This document shows, piece by piece, positions 30,501 through 45,300 of a DNA stretch of 64,000 bases. A program made the position numbers and the translations under genes. Position 1 is the stretch's first letter, and each line of letters starts with the position of its first letter. The stretch comes from the human T2T-CHM13v2.0 reference genome, Homo sapiens: the NCBI RefSeq assembly GCF_009914755.1, contig NC_060940.1. The stretch is one strand, 5' to 3'. A model generated the notes under the pieces. The model saw only the letters and a program-made list of their open reading frames with translations, made no database searches and was not told where the DNA came from.

Positions 30501-33500
30501 TTCGACACTTCCAATCGATTCCATTTGATGTTTCCATTCGAGTCCAATTGATGATTCCATTCAATTCCATTCGATGATGATTCCGTACGATTCCATTCTG
30601 TGATGATTCCATGTGATTGCATTCAATGATGATTCCTTTCGATTGCATTCGATTATGATTCATTTCGTGTTCATTCTATGGTTCCACAGGTTTCACATCG
30701 TGTCCATTCCATTATTCCATTCTATTCCATTTGATGATGATTCCATTCGATTCCATTCATTGGTGATTCCACTCAATTCCATTCAATGATTCCATTCCAT
30801 TTCTTTCAACAATGATTCCATTAGTTTCTAATCGATGATCCACTTGATTCCATTTGACGATGATTCCATTCTTGTCCATTCGATGATTCCATTTGATTCC
30901 ATATGATGATGATTCCATTCGATTCCATACGATGATGATTCCATTCGAGTCCATTCAATGGTGATTCCATTCAATTCCATTCGATGATTCCTTTCGATTC
31001 CATTTGATGATGATGGCATTCGATTCCTTTCAATCATTCCCTTTGATTCCACTCAAAGGTGATTTCATTCAAGTCCATTCGATAATTGCATTCGATTCCA
31101 TTCTATGATGATTCCATTCGAGTCCATTTGATGATTCCATTCAATTCAAGTCAATGATGATTCCATTCGATTCCATTCGATGATTCCATTGGATTCCATT
31201 CGATGATGATTCCATTCAAATCCATTCGATAATTCAATTCACGTCCATTCGATGATGATTCCAATCGAATCCATTCAAAGATTCCATTCAATTCCATTCG
31301 ATGATTCCCTTAGATTCCATTCGATGATTCCACTTGATTCCATTTACGATGATTCCATTCGATTCCATGTGATGATTCCATTCAATTCTATTCAATGATG
31401 TTTCCATTTGATTCCATTCGACCATGATTGCCTTTGATTCCATTCAATGATTCCATTCGGTTCCGTTTGATGATGATTCCGTTCGATTCCATTTGATGAT
31501 TCCATTTGATTCCATTGGATGAGTCCATTCGATTACATTCGATGATTATTCCATTCGAGTGCATTAGATGATTCCATTCGAGTCCATTCGATGATTCCAT
31601 TCGAGTCCATTCGATGATTCCATTCGATTCCATTCGATGTTGATTCTGTTCAAATCCATTCGATGATTCCACTCGATTCCATTCGTTGACTCCATTTGAT
31701 CCCATTCGATGATTTCCTTTGATTCCCTTTGATGATCATTCCATTTGATTCAATTCGGTGATTTCATTGGATTCCATTCAGTGATGTTTCCATTCGACTC
31801 CATTCGATGATGATTCCATTCGACTACATTCGATTATGATTTCATTCAATTCCATTCGATAAAGATTCCCTTCGAGTCCAATCGATGATTCCATTCGATT
31901 CCATTCAACGATGATTTGATTCGTGTCCATTCGATGATTCCATTTGATTCCACTTGATGAGGATTCCATTCGAGTCCATTTGATGATTCCATTCAATTCC
32001 ATTCTCCGATGATTTCTTTTGAGCCCATTCAATGCTTCCACTCGATTACATATGATGATGACTCCATTCGATGAAACTCGATGATGATTCCATTCGCTTG
32101 CATTCGATGATGATTCCACTTGAGTCCGTTAGAAGATTCTATTCAATTACATTCCATGACGATTCCGTTCGAGTCCATTTGATGATTCCATTAGACTCCA
32201 TTCCACGATGATTCCATTCGATGTTATTCGATGATTCCATTCGATCTCATTCGTTGATGATTCCATTCAACTCCATTCGATGTTTCCATTCGAGTTCATT
32301 CTATTATTCCATTAGATTCCATTCGATGATGATTCCATTCGATTCCATTTGATGATTGCATTCTATTTCATTTGATGATGATTCCATTCGAGTCCACTCG
32401 ATGATTCCATTCGAGTCCATTTAATGAATCCATTGGTTTCAATTCTATGATGATTACATTGGATTCCATTCGTTGATGATTTCATTCGGTTCCATTCAAT
32501 GATGATTCCATTCAATTCCTTTCAATGTTTCCATTCAATTCCATACGATGATGATTCCATTTGATTTGATTCGACAGTGAGCCATTCGATTCAATTCCAT
32601 GATGATTCTATTTGATTCACTTGGTTGACATTTCCATTCGATTCCATTCGATGATGATTCCATTTGATTCCATTCAAAGATGATTCCATTCTAGCCCATT
32701 CAATCATTCCATTCGATTCTATTCAATGATGATTCCATTCATGTCGATTTGGTGATTCAATTTGACTTCATTTGATGATGATTCCTTTCAAGTTCATTAG
32801 ATGATTCCATTCGATTCCATTTGATGATGATCCCATTCGAGTCCATTCAGTGATTCCACTCGTTTCCATTCCATGATGATTCCATTCCATTCCATTCAAT
32901 GATTCCATTCGATTCCGTTTGATGATGATTTCATTCGAGTCCATTTGATGATTCCATTTGATTCCATTCGATGATGATTCCATTCGAGTCCATTCGATGA
33001 TTCTATTCGAATCCATTTGATGATTTCTTTTGATTATATTTGGTGATGATTCCATTGGAGTCCATTCAATGATTCCATTCGATTCCAATCGATGGTGGTT
33101 CCATTAGAGTCCATTTAATGATTCTATTTGATTCCAGTCTCTGATGTTTACATTCGAGTCCATACGATGATTCCACTCAATTCCATATGATGATGATTCC
33201 ATTCGATTCCATTCGATGATTCCATTCTATTCTATTCAATGGTGATTCCATTCGAGTACATTAGATGATTCCATTCGATTCCATTCAATGATGATTCTAT
33301 TTGTGTCCCTTAGATGATTCCACATGATTCCATTAGATGATGATACTATTTGAGCCCATCCTATGATTCCCTTCGATTCCATTCGATGAGGATTCCATTC
33401 GATTCAATTCATTGGTGATTCTATTCAATTCAATTCTTTGATTCCATTCCATTCCATTCGACAATGATTCCATTCGATTTCTTTCGATGATTCCACTCAA

Positions 33501-34759
33501 TTTCACTTGACATTGATTCCATTCGATTCCATTCAATGATTCCATTTGATTCCAGTGGATGATGATTGCCGTCGATTCCATTCGATCACTCCATTCTGTT
33601 CCATTTGATGATGATTACATTCGATTCCATTTGATGATTCCATCTGACTCTATTCGAGGATTCCATTTGATTCCATTCGATGATGATTCCATTCGAGTCC
33701 ATTCGATGATTTCATTCGAGTACATCCAATGATTCCATTCGAGTCCATTTGATGATTCCATTTCATTCCATTTGATTATGATTCTACTAGAGTCCATTCA
33801 ATGACTCCATTCGAGTCCATTCAACAGTTCCATCCGAGTCCATTCGATGATTCCATTCGATTCCATTTGATGATTCCATTTGAGTCCATTTAATCATTAC
33901 AGTCGAGTCCATTTGGTGATTCCACTGGATTTCTTTTGATAATGATACCATTCAATTACATTTGATGATGATCCCATTCAATTTCATTTGATGATGATTC
34001 CATTAGAGTCCATTCCATGATTTCATTCGAGTCCCTTCATTGATTCCATCCGATTTCATTTCATGATGACTCCATTCGAGTCCATTCGATGATTCCACTC
34101 GATTCCATTAGATGATTCCATTGGAGTCCATTTGATTGTTCCATTCGATTCCATTCGATTCCTTTCGAAGATTATTCCATTTGAGTCCATTCGATGATGA
34201 TTCCATTCCATTCCATTCGATGATTCCGTTTGATTCCATTCGATGATTCCCTGCGATTCCTTTCTATGATGATTCCATTCCATTCCATTCAATGATTCCA
34301 TTCGAATCTATTCCATGATGATTCCTTTCGATTCCATTCGCTGATGTTTCCGTTCAATTCCATTCGATGATGATTCCATTCGATTCCATTCATTGAGGAT
34401 TCCATTGGATTCCATTCAATGATGATTCCATTCTATTCCATTCAATGATTGCATTCAATTCCATTCAATGATTATGCCATTAGAGTAAATTCAACGATTC
34501 CATTCAATACCATTCGATGATGATTCCTTTTGAGTCCATTCAATGATTTCATTCAAGTCCATTTGATGATTCCTTTCAATTCCATTCCATGATGATTCCA
34601 TTCGAGTCCATTCGATGATTCCATTCGATTGCATTCGATGATTCCATTATATTCCATTCAACGATGATTCCATTCGAGTCCATTCGATGATTCCATTAGA
34701 GTACATTTAATGATTGCTTTGTTTTCAATTCGAAGATGATTACATTGGATTCCATTCTG

Positions 34760-35517
34760 TGATTCCATTCGATTGCATTCATTGGTGATTCCACCCAATT
34801 CCATTCGATGATGATTCCATTCGATTTCAATGATTCTACTCGATTCCATTCAATGATGATTCAATTCTATTCCGTTTGATGATTCCACTAGATTCCATTC
34901 TATGATGATTCCATTCGAGTCCATTCGAAGATTTCATTCGATTACATTCCATGACGATTCCATTCGAGTCCATTCGATGATTCCATTTGAATCCATTCGA
35001 CGATGATTCCATTTGATGCTATTCGATGATTCCATTGGATTCCATTCGATGATGATTCCATTCGACTTGATTTGATGTTTCTATTTGAGTCCATTCGGTT
35101 ATTTTATTAGACTACATTCGATGATGATTCCATTCGATGCCATTCAATGATTCCATTTGATTCCACTCAATGATGATTGCATTCGTGTCCATTCGATGAT
35201 TCCATTTGGTTCCATTTGATGATGATTCCATTCGAGTCCATTCGATGATACCATTCAATTCCATTCGATGATCATTCCATTCGAATCCATTTGATGATTC
35301 CACTCAATTCCATTTGATGACTCCTTTCATTCCCATTCGATGATTCCCTTCAGTTCCAATTGGATGATCTTTCCATTTGATTCAATATGGTGACTCCATT
35401 CTATTATATTCAATGATGATTCCATTCGACTCCATTAGATGATGACTCCATTCCATTCCATTCGATTGTGATTTCATTCGATTCCATTCGAAGATGATTC
35501 CATTCGAGTCCATTTGA
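34760..35517 (+). repeat. HSat2 block (~758 bp) absent from the 6,112-bp unit (extra block 1)
   Basis: Distance from landmark to ACTCAAATCC is 95 in standard units but 853 here (34699 to 35551). Confidence 0.87.
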
Positions 35518-35613
35518 TGATTCCATTCGATTCCATTCAATGATGATTCCACTCAAATCCATTGGATGATTCCATTCGTTTCCAATTGGTGATTTCATTA
35601 GATTCCATTCGAG

Positions 35614-37626
35614 GATGATTCTATTCGAGTCCATTCAATGATTCCATTGGATTCCGTTTGATAATGATTCCATTAGAGTTCATTCGATGATTCCCTTCGA
35701 GTCCATTCGATTATTTCTTTTGATTCCATTTGATGATGATTCCATTCGATTCCATTCAATGATTCCATTCCATTCCATTCGATGATGATTCCATTCGATA
35801 ATGATTACATTCGAGCCCATGTGATGATTCCATTAGATTCTATTCAATGATGATTCCATTCGACCACATTCGATGATGGCATTCGAGTCCATTCGATGAT
35901 TTCACTCGATTCCACTTGATGATGATTCCTTTTGAGTCCATTTGATGATTACATTCGAGTCCATGAGATGACTCCATTCGATTCCATTTCATGATGATGC
36001 AATTCGAGGCTATTCGATCATCCCATTTTAGTGCATTCGGTGATTCTCTTTTATTACATTCGATGAGGGCTCCATTCGAGTCCATTCAATGATTCCATTA
36101 GATTCCACTCGATGATGATTCCATTTGAGTCCATTCAAAGATTCCTTTCGAGTCCATTCGATAATTCTATTGGATTCCACTAGGTGATGATTCCTTTCGA
36201 GTCAATTCGATGATTCCTTTCAAGTGCCTTCAATGATTCCATTCGATTCCATTCGATGACGATTCATTTCAAGTCCATTCAATGGTTCCATTCTGTTGAA
36301 TTTGATGGTTCCATTTGATTCCATTCGATGATGATTCCATTCGTGTCCATTGGATGATTCCATTCGATTCCTTTCGAGGAAGATTCCATTCGACTCCATT
36401 CGATGATTCCGTTCGATTCCATTCCATGATGATTCCATTTGATTCCATTCCATGATTCCATTCGATACCATTCGATGATGATTCCATTCGACTCCATTTG
36501 ATGAATCCATTCAATGCTTCCATTCGAGTCCATTCGATGATTCCATTCGATTCCATTCCATGAAGATTCCATTCGAGTACATTTGATGATTCCATTTAAT
36601 TCCATAGGATGATGATTCTATTAGGGTCCGTTGACTATTCCATTCAATTCCATTCGAAGATTCCATTCGAGTCCACTCGATGATTCTATTTGATTCCATT
36701 TGATAATTCCATTCGATTCCATTTGATGTTGATTCCATTCGAGTCCATTCGATCATTATTACATTTGATTCTATTCGATGATTCCATTCGATTCCATTTG
36801 ATGAGGATTCCATTCGAGACCATTTGATGATTCCATTCAATTCCATTGGATGATTCCAATATTTTCCATTAGATGATGATTCCATTCGATTCCATTCAAT
36901 GATGATTCCATCAGAATCCATTCGATGATGACTCCTTTTGCTTCCATTCAATGATCATTACATTCGGTTCCATTCGATGATGATTCCTTTGGATTCCATT
37001 CGATGATGCTTCCATTCGATTCCATTTGATGATGATTCTTTTCGATTCCATTTGATGATGATTCCATTTGATTCCATTCGATGGTGATTCCATTTGATGA
37101 TTCCATTCGATTGTATTCGATGATGATTCCACTCGATTCTATTTGATGATGACTGCATTCGATTCCATTTGATGATTCCATTTGATTCCATTCGATGATG
37201 ATTCTGATCAATTGCATTCGATGATCCATTCGATTCCATTTGATGGTTCCATTTGATTCCATTTGATAATGATTCCTTTCGAGTCCATTCGATGATTCCA
37301 TTTGCGGATATTCGATAATTCCATTTGAGTCCAACCGATGATTCCATTCGAGGCCATTCAATCATTCTTTTTGAGTCCTTTCGATAAAGATTCCATTTTA
37401 GTCCATTCAATAATTCCACTGGAGTCCATTCGATGATTGCTTTTAATTCCATTCGATGATATTCCATTCGAGTCCATTCGATGATTCCATTCGTTGCTAT
37501 TAGATGATGATTCCATTCATGACCATTTGGTGATTCCATTCGATTTCATTCGTTGATGATTCCATTCGAGTCCATTCCATGATTCCATTCAAGTCCATTT
37601 GATGATTTCTTTGAATTCAATTCGAT
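35614..37626 (+). repeat. HSat2 block (~2,013 bp) absent from the 6,112-bp unit (extra block 2)
   Basis: After GAGGATGATT (35611) the standard unit resumes only at ~37624. CCATATGAT is at 37693 versus unit offset 224. Confidence 0.87.
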
Positions 37627-38424
37627 GATGATTCCATTCGAGTCCATTCGATGATTCCATTCAGTTCCATTCGATGATGATTCCTTTCGAGACCATATGA
37701 TGATTCCATTTGATTTCATTCGATGATGATTCCATTCGATTCCATTCGATGATTCCATTCTATTCCATTCGATGATGATTCCATTCGAGTCCATTTAATG
37801 ATTCCATTGGGTTCAATTCAATGATGATTACATTGGATTCTCTTCTATGATACCATTCAATTCCGTTCATTGACAATTTGATTCCATTCGATGATGATTC
37901 CATTTGAGTTCATTCGATGATTCTATTCGATTCTCTTCGATGGTGATTCAATTCTATTATATTGGATGATTCCATTCGATTCCATTTGATGTTGATTCAA
38001 TTCGATTCTATTCGATGATGATTCCATTGGATTTCATTTGATGATTCTATTCGATTCCATTCAATGATGATTCACTTCTCGTCCATTGGATGATTCCATT
38101 TCATTCCATTCGATGATGATTCCATTCGATTCCATTCGATGATTCCATTTGATTCCATTCGACGGTGAGCAATTCGATTCAATTCCATGATGATTCTATT
38201 TGATTCAGTTAGATGATGTTTCCATTCGAATCCATTCCATGATTATTCCATTGGAATCCATTCGGCGATGATTCCATATGAGTCAATTCAATGATGATTC
38301 CATATGGGTCAGTTCGATGATAATTCCATTTGATTTCATTCGATGCTTCTATTCAATTCCAGTCGATGATGATTCCGTTGGAGTCCATACGATGACTCCA
38401 TTTGATTTCATTTGATGATGATTC

Positions 38425-38530
38425 CTTTCGATTCCATTCGATGACTCCATTCTGTTCCATTCGATGATGATTCCATTCGAGTCCATTCGATGATTCCATT
38501 CGAGTCCATTTCATGATTCCATTGGGTTCA
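38425..38530 (+). repeat. HSat2 block (~105 bp) absent from the 6,112-bp unit (extra block 3)
   Basis: GGAGTCCATACG to GATTACA spacing is 56 bp in unit 2 (7145 to 7201) and 161 bp here (38380 to 38541). Confidence 0.87.
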
Positions 38531-38680
38531 ATTCGATGATGATTACACTGGATTCCATTCTATGATTCCATTCAATTCCATTCGTTGATGATTCGATTCC
38601 ATTCAATGATGATTCCATTTGAGTTCATTCGATGATTCTATTCGATTCCGTTCGATGGTGATTCAATTCTATTATATTGG

Positions 38681-41600
38681 ATGATTCCATTCGATTCCAT
38701 TTGATGATGATTCCATTCGATTCCATTCGATGATGATTCCATTTGATTCCATTTGATGTTGATTCTATTCGATTCTATTCAATGATGATTCCATTCGATT
38801 TCATTTGATGATTCTATTCGATTCCTTTCGATGATTCTATTCCATTCCATTCGATGATGATTCAATTCTCTTCCATTGGATGATTCCATTTTATTCCATT
38901 CGACGATGACTCCATTTGATTCCATTCAATGATGATTCCATTCGATTCCATTCGGTGATTCCATTTGATTCCATTCGACGGTGAGCAATTTGATTCAATT
39001 CCATAATGATTCTATTTGATTCAATTAGATGATGTTTCCATTCGAATCCATTCGGTGATGATTCCATTGGTATCCATTCGACCATGATTCCATATGAGTC
39101 AATTCGATGATGATTCCATACGAGTCCGTTGGATGATAATTCCATTTGATTTCATTCAATCCTTCTATTCGATTCCATTTGATGATGATTCCATCTGAAT
39201 CCATTCTCCGATTCCATTCGATTTCATTCGATGCTTCTATTTGATTTCATTCGAAGATGATTCCTTTCAATTCCGTTCATTAATTCCATTTGATTCCATT
39301 CGATGATGATTCCATCCGATTCCATTGGATGATGATTCCATTCGAGTCCATTCGATGATTCCGTTCTAATCCATTCTATGATTCCATTCGAGTCCATTCG
39401 ATGATTCCATTCGATTCCATTCAGTGATGATTCCATTTGATTCCATCTGATGATGATTTCATTTGATTCCATTCGATGATGATTCCATTGGAGTCCATTG
39501 AATGATTCAATTCAATTCCATTCCATGTGGATTCCATTCGAATTCATTCGATTATTCCCTTCAAATCCCTTCGTTGATTCCATCTGATTCCACTTGACGA
39601 TGATTCCATTCAAGTCCAATCGATGATTCCATTCGGTTCCATTCAATGATTCCATTCGAGTCCATTTATGTATTATATTCGTGTCCACTTGATGACTCCA
39701 TTCAATTCCATTTAATGATGATTCCATTTGATTCCATTTGATGATTCAGTTCGATTCCTTACAATGATTCCCTACGATTCCTTTCTATGATGATTCCATT
39801 CGATTCCATTCATTGATGATTCCATTCGACTCCATTCGATGATGATTCCTTTCGATTCCATTTGACGATGTTTCCATTTGAGTCCATTCGATGATGATTC
39901 CATTGGTATCCATTCGACGATGATTCCATATGAGTCAATTCGATGATGATTCCATACGAGTCCGTTGGATGATAATTCCATTTGATTTCATTCAATCCTT
40001 CTATTCGATTCCATTTGATGATGATTCCATCTGAATCCATTCTCCGATTCCATTCGATTTCATTCGATGCTTCTATTTGATTTCATTCGAAGATGATTCC
40101 TTTCAATTCCATTCATTAATTCCATTTGATTCCATTCGATGATGATTCCATCCGATTCCATTGGATGATGATTCCATTCGAGTCCATTCGATGATTCCGT
40201 TCTAATCCATTCTATGATTCCATTCGAGTCCATTCGATGATTCCATTCGATTCCATTCAGTGATGATTCCATTTGATTCCATCTGATGATGATTTCATTT
40301 GATTCCATTCGATGATGATTCCATTGGAGTCCATTGAATGATTCAATTCAATTCCATTCCATGTGGATTCCATTCGAATTCATTCGATTATTCCATTCAA
40401 ATCCCTTCGTTGATTCCATCTGATTCCACTTGACGATGATTCCATTCAAGTCCAATCGATGATTCCATTCGGTTCCATTCAATGATTCGATTCGAGTCCA
40501 TTTATGTATTATATTCGTGTCCACTTGATGACTCACTCCATTCAATTCCATTTAATGATGATTCCATTTGATTCCATTTGATGATTCAGTTCGATTCCTT
40601 ACAATGATTCCCTACGATTCCTTTCTATGATGATTCCATTCGATTCCATTCATTGATGATTCCATTCGACTCCATTCGATGATGATTCCTTTCGATTCCA
40701 TTTGACGATGTTTCCATTTGAGTCCATTCGATGATGATTCAATTCAGTTCTGTTCTATTGTGAATCCATTCGATTTCATTCAATGCTTCTATTTGATTCC
40801 ATTCGACGATGATTCCATCTCTTTCCCTTCGATGATTCCATTTGATTCCATTCAGTGATGATTCCATTTGATTCCATCTGATGATGATTTCACTTGATTC
40901 ATTTCAGTGATGATTCCATTCAAGTCCATTCGATGATTCCATTGGAGTCCAAACGATCATTCCATTCGATTCCATTCAATGATGATTCCATTCATGTCCA
41001 TTCAATGAATCCTTTCAATTCCATTCGATGATGACTCCATTCGAGTACATTCGATGATTCCATTTGATTCCATTTGATGATGATTACATTCAATTCCATT
41101 CGAAGATGATTCCATTCAATTCCACTTGATGATGATTCCGTATGAATCCATTCGCTGATTATTCCATTCGATTCCATTCATTGACGATTCCATTCGATTC
41201 CATTCAATGATGATTCTCTTCTATTGCATTCGATGATTCCGTTCGATTCCATTCGATGATGATTCCATTAGATTCCATTCGATTGTTGCATTCGATTCCC
41301 TTCGATGATGATTCCTTTGAATTCCATTCGATTATGATTCCGTATGAATCCATTTGATGATTATTCCATTGGATTCCTTTCGATGATGATTCCATTCGAT
41401 TCCATTTGATGATGTTTCTCATGTATTCCATTTGATAATTCCTTTCAATTCCCTTCGATGATGATTCTTTCGAGTCAATTCGATGATTCTATTCCATTCC
41501 CTTCGATGATGATTCCATTTCACTCCATTCGATGATTCCATTCGATTCAATTTGGTGATGATTCAATTCGATGACATTCGATGACTCCATTCAATTTCAT

Positions 41601-42352
41601 TTGATGATGATTACATTCGAGTCCATTTGATGATTGTATTCCTTTCCTTTTGATGATTATTCCATTCGTGTCTATTCAAAGATTCCATTCTATTCCATTC
41701 AATGATGATTCCAATTGATTCCATTCAATGATTATGGCTATCGATTCCACTCGTTGATTCCATTTGATTCCATTCGATGATTATTCCGTTAGATTCCATT
41801 AGGAGATTCCATTCGATTTTATTCAATGATTCCAATTGATTCCATTCAATGATGATTCCATTCCACTCCGTTCAGTGATTCCATTTGAGTCCATTTGAGG
41901 ATTCCATTCGAGTCCATTTGATGATTCCATTCTTTTCCATTTGATGATGATTCCATTAGGGTCCATTCAATGATTCCATTCGAGTCCATTCGTTAATGCC
42001 TTTCGAGTCCTTTTGATCACTACATTCGAGTCCATTCAATGATTCTATTCGATTCCATTCCATGATGATTCCATTCGAGTTCATTCGATGATTGCATTCG
42101 AGTCCATTTGATGATTCCATATGATTCCATTCGACAATGATTCCATTCGTGTCCATTTGATGATTCCATTCATTTCCTATCGATGAAGATTCCATTCGAG
42201 TGTATTCGATGACTCCATTCAAATCCATTCGATGATGATTCCATTCCAGTCCATTCGATCATTCCACTTGATTCCATTTGATGACTATTCCATTCAAATC
42301 CATTTGATGATTCGATTCGATTCCATTCGATGTTACCATTCCAGTATATACG
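38681..42352 (+). repeat. HSat2 block (~3,672 bp, including an 836-bp duplication) absent from the 6,112-bp unit (extra block 4)
   Basis: Standard unit joins TTATATTGGATGA directly to CCACTCGATTCCATTTGATGATTATTCCATTGGAGTC; here these lie at ~38672 and 42359. Confidence 0.87.
39057..40740 (+). repeat. 836/840-bp tandem duplication
   Basis: ATTCCATTGGTATCCATTCG at 39061 and 39897; identical ORF translations at 39224 and 40060 (+836); second copy has a 4-bp ACTC duplication near 40531. Confidence 0.92.
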
Positions 42353-45300
42353 ATGATTCCACTCGATTCCATTTGATGATTATTCCATTGGAGTCGACTT
42401 AGTGAATCCTTTAGATTCTACTCGAAGATGATTCCATTCGAGTCCATTCGATGATACCATTCAATTCCATTCGTTGATGCTTCCATTCAAGTGCATTCGA
42501 TGATATCATTCGATTCCATTTGATGATAATTCCATTTGATTCCATGTGATGATTCTATTCCATTCCATTCAATGATAATTCCATTCAATTCAGTGATTCC
42601 TCTGGACTCCATTTGATGATGATTCCATTCAATGATTCCATTCGATTCTATTCGAAAATGATTCCATTTGAATCCATTTGATGATGATTCCATTCGATTC
42701 CATTTGATGATTCCATTCGATTCCATTCGACGATGATTCCATTCGATTCCATTTGATGATTCCATTCTATTCTATTCGATGATGATTCCATTCGATTCCA
42801 TTCGATGATGATTGGATTCGATTCCATTTGATGATTTCATTTGATTCCATTCGATGATGATTTCGATCAATTCCATTCGATGATTCCATTCGATTCCATT
42901 TGATAATGATTACATCCGAGTCCATTCGATGATTCCATTTGAGCCCGTTCGATAATTCCATTTGAGTCCAATCAATGATTCCATTCATTTCCATTCAATG
43001 ATTCCATTCGAGTCCATTTGATCATTCCGGTAGGGTCCGTTCGATGTTGATTCCATTGGAGTGCATTCGATGATTCCATTCGAGTCCATTTTAGGATTTG
43101 ATTCGAGTCCTTTCGATGATTCCATTCGATTCCACTCGATGCGATGATGATTTCATTCGAGTCCATTCGACACTTCCAATCGATTCCATTTGATGTTTCC
43201 ATTCGAGTCCAATTGATGATTCCATTCAATTCCATTCGATGATGATTCCGTACGATTCCATTCTGTGATGATTCCATGTGATTGCATTCAATGATGATTC
43301 CTTTCGATTGCATTCGATTATGATTCATTTCGTGTTCATTCTATGGTTCCACAGGTTTCACATCGTGTCCATTCCATTATTCCATTCTATTCCATTTGAT
43401 GATGATTCCATTCGATTCCATTCATTGGTGATTCCACTCAATTCCATTCAATGATTCCATTCCATTTCTTTCAACAATGATTCCATTAGTTTCTAATCGA
43501 TGATCCACTTGATTCCATTTGACGATGATTCCATTCTTGTCCATTCGATGATTCCATTTGATTCCATATGATGATGATTCCATTCGATTCCATATGATGA
43601 TGATGCCATTCGAGTCCATTCAATGGTGATTCCATTCAATTCCATTCGGTGATTCCTTTCGATTCCATTTGATGATGATGGCATTCGATTCCTTTCAATC
43701 ATTCCCTTTGATTCCACTCAAAGTTGATTTCATTCAAGTCCATTCGATAATTGCATTCGATTCCATTCTATGATGATTCCATTCGAGTCCATTTGATGAT
43801 TCCATTCAATTCAAGTCAATGATGATTCCATTCGATTCCATTCGATGATTCCATTGGATTCCATTCGATGATGATTCCATTCAAATCCATTCGATAATTC
43901 AATTCACGTCCATTCGATGATGATTCCAATCGAATCCATTCAAAGATTCCATTCAATTCCATTCGATGATTCCCTTAGATTCCATTCGATGATTCCACTT
44001 GATTCCATTTACGATGATTCCATTCGATTCCATGTGATGATTCCATTCAATTCTATTCAATGATGTTTCCATTTGATTCCATTCGACCATGATTGCCTTT
44101 GATTCCATTCAATGATTCCATTCGGTTCCGTTTGATGATGATTCCGTTCGATTCCATTTGATGATTCCATTTGATTCCATTGGATGAGTCCATTCGATTA
44201 CATTCGATGATTATTCCATTCGAGTGCATTAGATGATTCCATTCGAGTCCATTCGATGATTCCATTCGAGTCCATTCGATGATTCCATTCGATTCCATTC
44301 GATGTTGATTCTGTTCAAATCCATTCGATGATTCCACTCGATTCCATTCGATGACTCCATTTGATCCCATTCGATGATTTCCTTTGATTCCCTTTGATGA
44401 TCATTCCATTTGATTCAATTCGGTGATTTCATTGGATTCCATTCAGTGATGTTTCCATTCGACTCCATTCGATGATGATTCCATTCGACTACATTCGATT
44501 ATGATTTCATTCAATTCCATTCGATAAAGATTCCCTTCGAGTCCAATCGATGATTCCATTCGATTCCATTCAACGATGATTTGATTCGTGTCCATTCGAT
44601 GATTCCATTTGATTCCACTTGATGAGGATTCCATTCGAGTCCATTTGATGATTCCATTCAATTCCATTCTCCGATGATTTCTTTTGAGCCCACTCAATGC
44701 TTCCACTCGATTCCATATGATGATGACTCCATTCGATGAAATTCGATGATGATTCCATTCGCTTGCATTCGATGATGATTCCACTTGAGTCCATTAGAAG
44801 ATTCTATTCAATTACATTCCATGACGATTCCGTTCGAGTCCATTTGATGATTCCATTAGACTCCATTCGACGATGATTCCATTCGATGTTATTCGATGAT
44901 TCCATTCGATCTCATTCGATGATGATTCCATTCAACTCCATTCGATGTTTCCATTCGAGTTCATTCTATTATTCCATTAGATTCCATTCGATGATGATTC
45001 CATTCGATTCCATTTGATGATTGCATTCTATTTCATTTGATGATGATTCCATTCGAGTCCACTCGATGATTCCATTCGAGTCCATTTAATGAATCCATTG
45101 GTTTCAATTCTATGATGATTACATTGGATTCCATTCGTTGATGATTTCATTCGGTTCCATTCAATGATGATTCCATTCAATTCCTTTCAATGTTTCCATT
45201 CAATTCCATACGATGATGATTCCATTTGATTTGATTCGACAGTGAGCCATTCGATTCAATTCCATGATGATTCTATTTGATTCCATTGGTTGACATTTCC

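Larger units (their letters stand above)
27594..40258 (+). repeat. One full cycle of a long 12,665-bp HSat2 higher-order unit containing the whole 6,112-bp unit plus four extra blocks
   Basis: Constant +12,665 offset in the ORF track (27683/40348, 28327/40992, 29291/41956, 29822/42487, 30307/42972, 32768/45433). Only one GAGTACATTT landmark (34699) lies in the cycle. Confidence 0.9.

Noticed and set aside
36958-37539. Longest ORF (193 aa) and the cluster of long ORFs at 36.2-37.5 kb
   Set aside because: Same satellite-derived peptide composition with several frames open at once; no domain, splice or promoter evidence.
27594-40258. 12,665 bp as a simple dimer of the 6,112-bp unit
   Set aside because: 2x6,112 = 12,224, and unit landmarks such as GAGTACATTT and CCGGTAGGGTCC occur once per cycle, not twice.
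34760-42352. Transposon or foreign insertion explaining the non-6.1-kb sequence
   Set aside because: The extra blocks are themselves HSat2 monomers in the same orientation, with no poly(A), LTR, TIR, Alu or L1 sequence.
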